The notes under the pieces: model-generated
What the model was told of the DNA's origin: nothing
The model's database searches: none
The model's input: only the letters and a program-made list of their open reading frames with translations
Shown: one piece after another, positions 26,036 through 39,574 of the stretch
Numbering within the stretch: the first letter of the stretch is position 1
Layout: the number at the start of each line of letters is the position of its first letter
Assembly: GCF_018977255.1 (NCBI RefSeq)
Contig: NW_024704742.1
Span: forward strand, 74,836,001 to 74,900,000
DNA: 64,000 nt
Source: Callorhinchus milii
Taxonomy: Eukaryota
Direction of reading: 5' to 3'
Program-made: the position numbers and the translations under genes

Positions 26036-27624
26036 TTAGATTCCAACAGTTGAAGGTGGGAATATGGAACAACAACTTGCATTTATATAGCGTCTTCACG
26101 CTAGATGGTGTCTCAGAGTGCTTAAAAATCTTTGTGGTTCTTAATATTTTTATACTTACTCCAACTCATGGAAAGAGTGAGTATAAAGACTTTAAAGACC
26201 ACAAATATTTTGGCTTTACATCCAAGGTCCCAGAGCCCATCTCCAACACTTTTGTGGTTCCAAATTTGTCATTCACCCCAGCCAGAGCTTATACCTTGAG
26301 AAAAATGCAAATTTGAAGATTTATCAGTCAGTTTAAGAAAGGAAAAAGCTCTCTTCAACCTGATTTAGGTGTAAGATGTGAGTGAGAATAATTCCAAACT
26401 AATAGTGAAGGATACTTTGTTACCTCCTGGTCAGATGCAGCAAAACTGCAAAATTAATGAGCTCTTTTCAAAGGAATGTGTAAGTTGTGGCGTGAAACTC
26501 AGACCATGATATCTTGCGTAAAAGTTTCACGTAACACAAAGATCAACATCAGGTCACTCTCACCAATACAGTGTTTATTTATGTGGCACAAGGTTTTGAA
26601 TGATTATTGTGAATGATCGGTTAGCACGCAAGTGAGTTAGGTGTTGGAGTATATCAGCTGTGAGACAGACATTTAGATAAGTAGAGAGCTAATTATCAGC
26701 ACTAGCTAGAACCGGCCCAATTACAGTGCAGATAATCAGACATCACACAAATTACAAACAGGATTCAATGCTAACTAAAGCATTGATCCATCAGGAGTAT
26801 CTATACTTATCCATCAGAAGACATGTACCGTCCCTGAAGTACCAGACTTCCAGCCATTATTCCTCTGTGCCACTTTCTCTGAGACTCTCTCTCTTTTTCT
26901 GTAGTCCTTTTTCTCTGGTGTATTCTGCCTCTTTCTTTCTCTCCAAGTCTCTCTCTCTCTCTCTGCATGTGAGGCTCCTAGGGACATGATTTGCATGTAT
27001 GGACACAAAGCACGTGTATAAACAGGATATTTTTTGTGCATATCTCCCAGACATGCATCCAACCAGAGATGTGAATAATCGTTGTGCAGATAACCTGTGT
27101 TCTACTGGATATGTCATAGAAGAACTGAATGGAATTGCTTAAAGGAAAATAGGTTTGGAGTCAGCAAAATTGGTGCCCAACTGTAATGACTCCACAAAGG
27201 AACGTAGTAAAAACTAAATAAAGGGAATCTCCAAGAGGGTGAAGGACAGGAAGTGATGCAAATGAAACATTAATTAAGTTGGTCACCAAGGCAGATGAGA
27301 CAGCTTATCTGGAAGGTGAAGGGTCAACATAGAGTGATAGGAAGGAAGCATGCTGGAATGTGCATGAGGACTGTGATTGGGACAATGCTGGGACTATGCA
27401 AGAACACTGGATCACTGTTTGAAAGTTTATACCTAATAGAAGCATTAGCAAGGACTCGTTGCTGAGAGTGGGTGAGTGCATTTGGTTTCCCATTTAGCCT
27501 GAGGAAAAGGGGGCAAAGAGGACTGGGTATGGTGAGCGAGCAAATTTAACTTTTAATATCATACAGTGTTCATCAGGAGTCCTGGTCTCCAACTCTGGCC
27601 TTGGTTACCAGCAAATAATATTTA

Positions 27625-29063
27625 TGGCCCCTACCCATCCCTCCCCCCACACCTTCAATCCTATCTGTCCCTCCACTCTCACCACCATAGTGAACAAAAT
27701 GAAACCCACCACCTGCTCTCTCGACCCCATCCCTACCCCTCTCCTTACCTCCAGCTCCACCTCCTTACCCCTCGACTCACAGACATCATCAACCTCTTCC
27801 TATCCATTGGCACCATTCCCACCCCTTAAAAACAGCCGTCATCACCCCCATCATCAAAAAACCTCTTTGACCTCTCTGCTGCCTTCGACACTGTCAACTA
27901 TTCTATCCTCCTCCGCTGCCTCTCCTCTCAGCTCAACCTTCATGGTTCTGTCCTTGACAGGTTCAGATCCTATCCCTCACACTGTCTCCACTTCATCACC
28001 ACAGATGGCTTCTCCTCTAGCCCCCGCATTGTCTCGTGCAGGACTGTGATTGTCCTTGGTCATTTTCTCTTTAATATCTACATGCTCCTTCTTGGTGACA
28101 TCAGCCACACACATGGAGTCAACTTTCACATGTATGTGGATGTACTTTATCTCTCTACCCCCACCCTCGACCCTAGGACCACTGCTATCCTGACAGAATG
28201 TCTATCAGACATCAAGTCCAGGATGAGAGTTAACTTTCTCCAGTTGAACATCAACAAGACCGAGGCTCTCCTGAGTGGCTCCCGTCAGCGCCTCCTCACC
28301 TCAGGTGCTGACAGCATCACCATCCAAGGATACACACTCTACCTTATTGAGCCAGTCCAGAACCTTGGTATCTTGTTTGACACTTAACTGTCCTTTCTAC
28401 CCCACATCTGTGCCAAGATCCACTCTGCCTTCCTCCTCCTCCGCAACATTACCCGGCTCCATCACTGTCTCTCCTCCTCAGGCCGCTGAGACCATTATCC
28501 ATGAATTCATTACCTCCAGGCTTGTCAGCCTCTCAACTCTTCTCTCCACAAGCTGCAGACGATTCAGAACTCTGCAGCTCAGGTCCTCTCCCGCACCAGG
28601 CTCTGTGAACCCATCAACCCCACCATCGCGCAACTCCCCATTCCCAAGAGGATAGAGTTTAAAATAAAGCCCTCCATGGCCTTGCTCCTTCCTACCTCTG
28701 TGAACTGTTAATTCTATATCGACCTGTCCGCTCCTTCTGTTCAGGAGGCTCTGGCCTGCTCCACATCACTCGCCTGGCCTGCCCCACCATCGGTGGTCAG
28801 GTCTTCAGCCTCTCTGCCTCCACCCTTCGGAACTCCATCCCAAGGTTCTTTCGCCTTGCTTCCTCCTTTGCCTCCTTGAAGGCACGTCTCAAGACTCTCC
28901 TGTTCGACCGTGCCTTCTGACACCCTCCTACCTCTACCCTCCCTGCCCTCCACCCTTCCTGATCCCAATCCCTCCTCGGGTCCACATCTCTGACTGCCCA
29001 ACGCCTTGGCATGTCCTCTCAATGTGAAAGAAACTATGCAAATATAATTTGTTGTTGTGGTTG
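27625..29063 (+). mobile_element. L2 LINE fragment (RT to 3' tail)
   Basis: MKPTTCSLDPIPT, FLFNIYMLLLGDI, NFLQLNINKTEALL motifs; tail near 29000-29060. Confidence 0.93.
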
Positions 29064-30539
29064 TGGAGTGTTGACAAACCTCCTCAGCACACAATGAAAA
29101 CTGAAAGCTTGTAATCCTTTGTCTGTTGATCTAAATCTGAATCATTTTTGACCTTGTACAACAATAGGACTGGAATTGTAAAAGTGAGACAATAAAGGCC
29201 CTCCTGGTGAAAGCATCTGAAGGGACTGATCGTGTCCCTGACCTGGACAGGATTTGCAATGATTGTACAGTTAATCAGCCTCTGTCCCGAGTGCCCTGAA
29301 TTGCTAATTTCATTCTTCCTGAACCAAGACAGCTATTAGCCTGAGGCTTGGCTTTATTTATTTACTTTCAATAGCTTGTAAACAAGAAGGTCTTTTCAGC
29401 CATGATAATGAATTTGACGCCAGCTACTCTCAATACTTTTCCTGTCTGATCGACTTTTCATCCTTTCACAAGATCATCTTTGAAAGACTACTTGTGAACT
29501 CAACTGGGCTAGTGATACAGATTAAAATGCTCTTTACATCATTGTGGGTCCATTTATAGTTATTCAGGGTCAACAGGGTTCAGTTCTAGTCATGCATGTC
29601 ATGTGGCTTAGGCTGGCATCATAAATGCTCAGTGTGTGGAAACTTATTGCATTTAAAGGAAATAATAAACAAGGTTTACATTTGAAATCTCAAGCTCACA
29701 ACAGAATCTTGTCAGGTAATTTGTGACCTTTAATTTGAATGTGTAGACTTTGAGTCAAAACCTAATTATCTGTAAAGAAAAAAGACTGCAGAGTAGTTTT
29801 ACATAAAACTCCAGCTGTGGTGCTCACCCTTTAAACAGCTTTCAGATTATTTAGTATTTCTCTCTGTTTACCACAAGATCACAAGAGATTCAAATTAAAA
29901 GGCCTTTAGATGCTGCACGACTTACAGTTAAACATTTCCAAAATAAGAATGAATTGAAGAATTTTCCACAGTTTTGAGCGATCATAACTTGTAAGACAAA
30001 ATTATTTTACAGACTACGATTAAGTGAAATTTCAGGCCAAGTGAGATTAGTTATTGTAAATTATTCCATAATTAATTAATTCATGGCTACTTCAGTGTCA
30101 ATGACACTCAGTTATTGGTAAAGGGTTATTGAGAGAAGACATAAACCAAGAAATTTGCAATCCTAGTTAATAAAGCTAGAATAAACAAAATCGATAAAAT
30201 CAGGAATGTGAAGGAGAGTCTAAGGGAAGAAAACAAAGGTCATCCTCTTGTGTCCATTGGTATTGGAAGTGAGTCAATCGACACTCTTTACCTCTGTAAC
30301 CTGCTGATTCTATTTGAATAAGCGTGCTGATCCATTTAAGATCACAGACACTCCAATTCTCTCTCAAATGCTATCATATATAAATGCAAGTTGGTGTTGT
30401 GGTTGTATATACAAATCTAACAACGTAACAAGAATATTTAATTTAAATATTTTTTATACTAAAACCTTCATAATTTCTCCAGCCAATTCAGGGCATGCAG
30501 CTTAATATATAAGTAAACAAAATATATTAAACAGTGGTG

Positions 30540-31200
30540 TTAGGATCTCTCATCAGGTCATAAATTCTTCTCAATTTCTATCATTGTGGAATGGTCATCG
30601 GATTGAGGCAAGAGTCAAGGTTTGGGAATGCACCATCCCACAAAACCACGGAATAGGAATCGATTGAAAGATTCAAGAAGGAACCTTCTAGAAATATGCA
30701 TGATTTTAACAGAGGTTAAGAAAATGAACCCAAAATAATATTTTCAAGTAAACTAAGGGAGCAGAACAATAAGACTCAGGTTCAGGGTTGCAAAGAGCAA
30801 CTCAGGACACATATCAGGAAGGTTTTTCTTTACCAAGAGAGTAATTCATAATAATCCTTTTAGTAATCATTGCAATTGATATAGTGCCTTATCACGTCAC
30901 CGTCAAGATGCCTCAAAGCATTTCACAGGATATACGGCATGTATTTTACATATCACAGGACTGTGTGTATTTTGTGGGGGAATGTGGCGCCATGTGCACA
31001 CAGGAATAGATTGAGTGACTATTTTTTTATTTGAGAGATTGTTGGCTAGGACACCAAGAGAAACTCCCTTCTCTTTTTGAATAGTGCCATGGGATTTTTA
31101 ACATCCACCTGGATAGGCAGCCGGACGTTGGTTTAAAGTTCAATTGAACAGGTTGCCAAGAAGCGTCGAGACCAGAAGTTTGACTCATTTTTGAAAAAAC
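30540..31200. mobile_element. Old CR1-like fragment (+) interrupted by an old DeuSINE (-, ~30850-31145)
   Basis: tttttcttaccaagagagta-type CR1 3' ORF remnant; SINE body ctttttgaatagtgccatgggattttt. Confidence 0.6.
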
Positions 31201-34200
31201 TTGGTGATGTGATGGCAGGAAGGTCGGGTAGCCATTCTAAAAGATGGATCAGATTACCTGAAGGAGCTTCTTCGTAACGTTCTCATCATGTTCTTCCTGA
31301 AGGATTAATGATTCTCGTCGAATCAGTGCAAAATGATTACATGTATAACCAGTATATATATTATAAATATTATAAAGCTTGACTTTGTGAGTGATTGTTT
31401 CTACCACATTCAATAATAAACTAAAACCCAAATCATTGTTTGAAATGTTTTACTTTAGCACGATTTTTTCAATCATTTAAACTATTTCTAAAGGTGAAAA
31501 GGGATCAACCATTCAGTGAGAAGTAATAAAAAACGAGTTTCAGGGCATCACCTACATGACGATTCTGCCCAAAATCAAACAAAATAATAATTCTTGCATT
31601 TATTATGGCGCCTTTCATGGTCAGGAGGATGTCTCAAAGAGCTTCACAGGATATACTGTAGAGTGACTGTTCTGTGGGCAAAATTACAAATCAGCTTGGT
31701 TCATATCAACAAAACTGACCCACTCTCTGAAATTCCATCCTAGTTTAAAAGTCGCTCTCCCTCCCTCCCTCCCTCCCTTCAAAACTCATCTTAAGATTTA
31801 TCTTTTTGAGCACCCTTATGATTCCACCCCCGCTTTCAGCTCTCCCTACCAAACCCCATGACCCCAGACTTAGACTCCCAGTCAGCTGTGTGAAGCCTTT
31901 TAAGACATCTTTTTGATGTGGAATACAATAGATTATTGAAAATTATAATTGTTTAGAAGCAATGGGGTAAATATGAGAAGTTTTCTTAATTAAAAAGATT
32001 CAAAAGGAAATTCCTCTCATAACTGAAGTGCATGAGATGGATTGGAGGGAACCTCACTCCAATATTGATCGAGATTGAGCAGTAGGGTCGACCCTGCCTC
32101 CTGTACTTCCAAATTCTTCATTAAGAAATCCAATGAAGAAATATTGCAAAATTCACCAAATACAGTCTAGACAGAAAAATCTGATCATGAAAGCAGTTCC
32201 TATTTGTCTCTAAAGTTCTTTATCACACTAAGGAAAAGAAAATTCCTCAGTTTCCTCACTTGAAATTTTAAATAACTAAACAGCTGAAATTATAATTGAG
32301 ACCAAACACAGACTTGAGGAAATCAGATTTTCTGACACATTGCTTTAAGACGTCTTCCTGGTGTGTAAGGGGTACTATGTAAATGTAAACTGTATTGTAT
32401 TGTTTAGAGTTAATTATCATCTGCACACGTCAATCATAGACACAAACAGGCAACTCTTTGTAAATTCCCTAGTAGACAGGTTCTGTCTCAGTCAATAGCT
32501 TCAGAGCCAATGTGGAAAGTAAAGAGACCAGAGGTGCTGACAATCTGGAATCTCCAGGAGATATTCCCTTGCTGCTGAAGAGTATGGAGGAATTATGGCT
32601 CGAGTTTAATGGATTTTACATTCAGAAGGAGAAATCTCACCTGTGTCTATACTCTGTATAGCATTTCAGTGTCCAAATTGTTGGCAAATTTATGAATTCA
32701 GACTTAATTTTCAAGCCAATTTTCTACAGTTCTTAATAGATCTTACAGAAAACTGGCTTCCAAATTAAACTCTTTGAATGCTATACAAATAGAACTTTTT
32801 GCCCCGAGAGAGGTTTGGGGCTGTGGTTTTTTTGAAAAGTTTTGCTTTCAGTAGAAGTCACATAGAATTCCACAAAAGGATATTGAGGAAACATTTCAAT
32901 ATTTAAGGCAGAGTTTATTTCACAGCTATTTCAACTTTTAGTTGGGTGATTGGAAAAGTCTCACAGAGAATAAGCCTTGTCTTGTCTTGAGTTACAGAAC
33001 AAACAAACTGGTGGGCATGGTTCAGGTAGAACACAGCATCAACTGCAAAGAACGGTTATTTCATAGTTACATTTGCTGAATGTTCATAACTACTTTTCAT
33101 CATTCTATCTTTGTTAAATACATTTATTTATGTTTCAATTTTTTTTGCCAGCATGACATAATTGAAGGCTGATGCTTCACTAATTATTGATGGTCAAATT
33201 GCTAAGCCAGGTGACAGTTTATTAATAATAATAAGGTTTGTTTACCCAAGAGAGATGGTTGCTCCAAAACAAGGTAGACACCTCATCTGTTCATGAGACT
33301 TAAGTATTTTCTGAAGTTTTCAAAACCTACTGACTCTCCCTCTCCAGAGCCAATCCTCCTCCTTCCCCAGCATGATCCTAGAGGGAGAAAACAACCTGAG
33401 ACTCCTCTTCTCTTTCCTCCCTCTACCTTATCATGGCCTTTTCAATCTCACCTTCAATGCCAAAAGCAAAGGTGTCATGGACTTTCTCATATCTAAAATT
33501 GAAACACTTATCCTCCATGTCCTCTTCCCTTCCTCTCTCTCCCCCACATTTTCTCTACTGCCTCACTCTTCACAACTTTGCTACCAGTATCTCCCTAATC
33601 TTTTCCATCCTCATTTCTGAAATGAAACCCTTTATATGCTACATTGATTCAATTCTACAACTCCATCCCCTCTGCATCACCATCAGTGGGTGAGCTTTCA
33701 GTCATTTTGGCCCACTCTCCTGAACTCTCTCCTTATATCTTTTTGCAAAACTCCTTCCCTCTCTGATTTCAAACCTTCAAACATAAACATGTATCAAATC
33801 AGGAAAGACTGGAGACAGAGAAGAATCCTTGTCTGCACCTCCTTGGATCCCTATGATTCTCCCCATGATTCGTGAACAAAGTGAATTCATTCCCAGGTTA
33901 AAGCAAAGCATCTTACAGCATGAGGGAAATAGCAGACTGAATTGATTCAGTTGGATCATATATACCCCCTTACTTATTATTTCCATTTGGTAGTTTAGTC
34001 AATATACAAGTACCGCAAAGGTCACAATGCCACCAAAATACAAATTCAATTAAGTAGTGCTATAACATTTAAAATCACTGTGGCTGCTTTATCTTAATTC
34101 CCATTGATTTTTCTTTTTTTGCTTTATTCTCTTCTTATTCATCCAATTTATAAATAATCCATGTCAGTGCCCAATGCCAAGAAATAAGTGCAACTTATTA

Positions 34201-34382
34201 CAGCCCGAATATATCATCACATGTATTTGAGTTATTTTGCTCAGGTTATTAATTCCAAAATGTTTACTGCTTAAATGATTAAACTAAGTATATTCCAGAC
34301 TTTCTCCAGGACTGGAGAAATTGTTTTGATGATTCTCTGGATCATGGCATTGCGTCATTTTCTTTAGGCTGGAATTCTCTTT

Positions 34383-35020
34383 ACAATAACAACAACTTGC
34401 ACTTATATGGCACCCTCCACACAGAGTAGCATCTCAGAGCGTTTAACAATGGTAGAGCCTGACTCCGAGCCAGGTTGGGGGTGGTGGGGGGGGAGGTGGT
34501 CATAAGCACGATCGAAGAGAAAGGTTTTCAGGCGGGACTTGAAAAAGGGGAGAGAGGGGGCAAGGTGGAGGGATTAAGGGAGAATGCTCCAGAGTTTTGG
34601 AGCGCAGTGGCTGAAGGCGCAACCTCCGATGGAGGGGTGGAGGGTGCAAGGGACGAGCAGGAGGCCGGTGCCAGTCGAGAGAAGGTGCTGGGTGGTGAAA
34701 TGGGGAGTGAGGAGATCAAAAAGTTAGGGAGATGCCAGAGAGTGAAGGGATTTGAATACAAGCGTGAGGATCTCAATGTTGATCCATTTAGTGATGGGGA
34801 GCCAGTGGAGCCTGGCCAGAACTGGTGAGACATGGGTATGGAGTTCGGTGCGGGTCAGTATGCTGCAGCAGAGCTCTGAATGAGCTGGATCATTTGAATA
34901 GTGGAGCTGGGGAGACCGGTGAGGAGTGCGTTTGAGTAATCCAGGTGGGAGGTGACAAACACGTGCACAAGGGATTCGGCTGCATTTGGGGTAAGGTGCA
35001 GTCAGAGGCGGGTAATTTGG
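34383..35020 (-). mobile_element. L2 3' fragment
   Basis: SPVLARLHWLPITKWINIEILTLVFKSLHSLA; same subfamily as 1-268 and 2167-2537. Confidence 0.92.
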
Positions 35021-36194
35021 GTAACAAACTAAAGCTCTTCTACCTTTACACACTAAGGTAGAAGAATTCCTCCATTTGTTATGAATGGGGATGAAATTTT
35101 CAGTCCAGACTCTGATGTTAAGTTTTGGAAAGACTTTACATCCTCTTTGTTATAAATTTGCAAATGTAAGTTTCAAAATGCAAAAAGCATTAATAAATCT
35201 ACCAATAACCAACAATTCTCCATATGAATTCATTATTCACCTCATGCCTTCTGACAAAACATATAAATATCTGCTTCTTAATACCGATACAAAATAACTG
35301 TTTGTTACTTAATAATCTGAAAGGTTGTGTGAACAGAGAGTGATTTTAATTCCTTTTTCCAGGCCCTTAAATGTTTGATTTCATCATGGATTTGTTGTAT
35401 AAATACAGTATTTCAATCAATTGTTTCTTTTATTTTCCTACATTAGATTATAATTTAACAACAGTGCTTTCTCAAAATGCACATACAATAAGCAATTTGT
35501 AATTGTGCTTCTACTTCAGAACATAGGATAAAGAACATAAACTGTCCTGTGCCAGTGACTCATATTTTCTATTTTAAGTGGTGAATGACGTCTCCCAGGC
35601 ATTTAAAGGATTAATGGGGGTTTTAGTGTTTATATACCTTTATATTTCATCATGCATGCACTTATTCCTCCCGGCGACTTGTGGCAAATGTGCATCTTAT
35701 AATATCAAAAGCATTGCATTATCATTATCACTGAATGCTTATGGTGCTTGTTACGGATCCCTGGATCTGGTTAGCCATTTGTGTTGATGCATTAAATGAA
35801 ATCTTCACCTTCTCTGAACTGCCATCAGAGGTTTCTCAAGGTCAACATAATAAATAGCACTAAGCGGGGGCTAATTGCTCTGCATCTTGGTTGATTGCAC
35901 TGATTGCTTAGATGGCCCGGCATCAAAGCATCTTTGTTGGAACATCTGGTCTCCTGTTTACATCCTGTCAATTAAAAGAAACACTTCCTGTTTTATTTGC
36001 TGGACGTGTGCCAACCTTATACCTTTCTCAGTTACATTAGAACTGTAAGTATTACAATGAAATGTTAGATAAAGAAATAATAATTATCCTCACAGTTGCA
36101 CTCGAGTTCAACCTTCAACAAGGTCCATCCTTACATTTCCCACTTTTAACTTTCCGCCTCATCTCCTCTATCTATCTTCAAATACAACCGTAAA

Positions 36195-36560
36195 ACGACT
36201 TCTTCATCCGGACCTTTGGTCACTTTGCACTTTCCAAAACACCTCTGCCCGTGTTCTCCTCCACACCAAACTCTGCACAACAATCATACCAATCCTTGCC
36301 AGGCTCAACTGGTTCCCTGTCTCTGACTAGATCAACTTCAAGATCCTCACTCTCACATTTAAATCCCTTCATGCCCCAGGACCTCCCTACATCTCTGATC
36401 TCCTCATACTCCACTCTGTCTTATGCTCCTATGCTCAGCTAGCACAGGCCTACTGTGTATTCTCCCATCCCCTCTGCACCACCACCTGTGGCTGTACCTT
36501 CAATCATTATGTTGCCAATCTCTGGAACTTCCCACTTCTACCCCTCTGCCTCGCCTCCTC
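36195..36560 (+). mobile_element. Old L2 fragment
   Basis: Degenerate LQN…ARV…LARLNWFP…FKILTLTFKSLH motifs. Confidence 0.75.
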
Positions 36561-36610
36561 TCTATCAGTTGTTGTCGATGATGATATAATTTCAGGACAG
36601 ATATCAGGGA

Positions 36611-37185
36611 TTTTTTTTCTGTATGCAGTGGGGTCTCCTTGGAGCTGAACTGGTTCCAAGGTGACACGCTTGGCAATGGTATGTCAGAATCGAGCCAGTC
36701 CTCTGCGGCGGTCTCGGTATTCCAGTTCCTGTGCCAGGCGGGTCTGCAGTATTCCAGGGCATAGTGATAACAGTGCAACCAGCCTGGCTCATCAGCAGAA
36801 GGGCAGACCTGTCACTTAGGGCAGGGTGTCATCCCACTCAGCTCCTGTTAATCCTGCAAGCCAAAGCCCTAATGGCTAGAGTGGTCCAAGCTGGGCAAGC
36901 AAAAGGAAAGCTTGCCAGACAGCAATATCCATGGCAAGTTTTGCAGTTTTAGCTGGTTAGACTCCAGCAGTTACTCCAATGCACACTCTGACATCCTCAA
37001 GCCTTGTTCTTACCAACCTGCACCTAATACTTTCTGGAATTAGGTAAGCAGGATGCATCCTAAGAGTGCGCATTCCATTCCAACAATTTATCTCTGGGAT
37101 TTCCATGTGTAGGTGGGATGCATGGAATTCTCAATTTGGTTTGGATACTCCACATGTGTCAGACAACCGGCTAACCTCAAAAAAA
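36611..37185 (-). repeat. Unclassified interspersed repeat, copy B (most complete, ~580 bp)
   Basis: Reverse complement aligns with copies A and C; bounded by a T run and an A run. Confidence 0.85.
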
Positions 37186-37299
37186 TGTACGCAGAGATTA
37201 ATAACTGAAAGAAGTAGCCAGGAAAGGTAGTAGAAGCCAGGTCACTGAGTCATTTTTGAAAAAAGAATGGGCCAAAGGGTCTTCTTCATCCCAACCAAT

Positions 37300-38155
37300 C
37301 TTGTGAACCTTGGTGTCTTGTTTGACCCTCAATTATCCTATCTATCCCATATCCGTGCCATATCCCACTCTGCCATTCCCCACCTCCACAACATTGCCCG
37401 ACTCTGCCACTGTCTCACACCCAAAGGACGCTGATTATTTATTTCCTTGCATTTGATATAGCACTTTTCACGTCTTCTAGACATCTCAAAGCGCTTCACA
37501 GAATAGACTGTAAAGTGAATTGACTGTATATTTGAGGGAGCTGAGACCCTCATACATGCATTCATAACATCCAGGCTCGACTATGCATACTTCCTTGCCT
37601 TTCGCCCTCCCCAACTCCTCCCTCCATAGGCTGCAGATCATCTAGAACTTTGCAGCCCATATCCTCTCCCGCACCAGGCTCCGTGATCCTTTCACCACCA
37701 TCCTTGCCTGACTCCATTGGCTCCCCATCACACAGAGGATACAGTTCAAGATCCTGGTCCTCACCTTCAAAGCTCTCTATGGCGTTGCTCCCTCCTACGT
37801 CTGTGACCTTCTATCCCCTACCATCCTGCCCACCCCTCCGCTCAACGGGTTCTGGTCTGCTTTACGCCCCCCGCCTCGCCCAACCCACCATTGGCAGGCG
37901 GGACTTCTGCCACTCTGCCCCAACCCTCTGGAACTCCATCCCGCAGTCCCTCCACTTTACCTCCTCCCTTGCCTCCTTCAAGACCCATCTCAAGACCCTC
38001 CTCTTCGACTGCACCTTCGATCACCCTCCTTAACTCCCTGCTCTCCACCCTCCCTGATCCTGACCCCCATCTCGGGTCCGAAACACTGACTAGCCAGCAC
38101 CTTGGGACATCCTTCCAACAAAAAAAGGCTCTTTATAAATGTAATTTTGTTGTTA
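37300..38155 (+). mobile_element. L2 3' fragment containing an antisense SINE tail (~37432-37535)
   Basis: L2 ORF2 C-terminal motifs and tail; SINE 3' end inserted just before AETLIHAF. Confidence 0.9.
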
Positions 38156-39297
38156 TTCCGATCTCATTACTCGTTTATAGGACCAAATATTGGCTCCTCC
38201 AATGCTTTAAATTTGGGTTCCAAAATATACTAAAGTCTGCAAAAATAATACGCCTGATACCTTTTTAATTCTGCAACTGATGATAAAAAAATGTAAAACA
38301 TACAAAAGATAAACATTTATTTAGAATAACATTTATGTGGGAAAGCAATCTTCACTGTCTATCAAAACAGACTTAAATGCAGCTAATGATAAGTTATGAT
38401 TACTGACTGGTCCTTGACATGGAAGCGACATGTGATGCTGTAATTGGAGATCAGTGAAGGTGCAGTTTGTGGGAAATATTTATAGCCTAGACATACGGTT
38501 GCTAGTGACTTATGGACTGATTGACCTGGACTGATTGTGACTAATGGAAAAACTGACACAGACAGGAACGTGGCTCTTAGTGAATAATGGAGTGACTGAC
38601 ATGTACTAGCAGCATGGCTCACACTGACTGATGAATTCAATGATATACTCCTGAAACTGCTACCACTCATTTTGTATTTCGCTCTTCACAGTCCCACCAG
38701 CTACTTTAAAATGCCAATTTTGCCTACTTGTTCTGACATTATGCTTTCGAGCAGTTATTTTCATTGACTGTTGCTAGAGGCCATTGGGTGATCTGACAAT
38801 CTACACTGCAATTCAAGCTCACTGTATCAGTTTCCTGTCAGCCTGTATGTCAGTGCAGATGATTGGTTTTACGGTTGGTTGTGGGGGCGGGGGGGGGGCA
38901 AATCGGCGTTACCCCTACTCCAACAGCTCTCGGTGCTGGGTCCCTGGAGTGATCGTCGGGTTCAACATCCTCTGTATTGAACAAATCCATCTGCACTAGC
39001 CGCCCGCACCCTCCCCTCCCCCACCTCTCTGGGTCTGCCGCCACTGTGTCAGTGTACCATCTATCAACACCAGAGTGGTTGCATGTGAGCTCCTCATATG
39101 AATGTAATGTTCTGTGAGCTCATATTCTCAGCTTGGTTATTGTCATGGATGCTACGTGGAAGCCAATGATCCTTGCTGGTATCGGGTCAACCCTCTGGGG
39201 CGGTCTCTGATAGTCACGATTTGGAGGGAGATATCAATCACTAGGAGAAGGGATTGATCCTAGCAACACCGCAAGCCAAGGCCCTATTGGGTATAAA

Positions 39298-39574
39298 AAT
39301 AATAACAATAATCTTTGCACTTTGATATAGCGTTTTTCATGTCTTCTAGACGTCTCAAAAAGTTTCACAGAATATACTGTCAAGTGAATTGACTGTATAT
39401 TTGTGGGTGAAACGTGACAGCCAATTGAGCAGAGCAGTGTCCCACAGTCGTGGATTGAGTGACCAAATTGTTATTTTATTTATTTTCTTGAAGGATTATT
39501 GTTAGGCGTGTGGAGTAAGGAAACTTGTCTGAGGTTTCGCCTTGCCGGGAATCAAACCCAGGTCTCTCGCTTGC
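39298..39574 (-). mobile_element. SINE (near full-length)
   Basis: Tail through B box and part of the tRNA-like head. Confidence 0.9.

Noticed and set aside
36770..36800. CTGATGA on the minus strand of the unclassified repeat as a hammerhead ribozyme core
   Set aside because: No properly placed GAAA after a stem II, and the motif is not kept in copy C.
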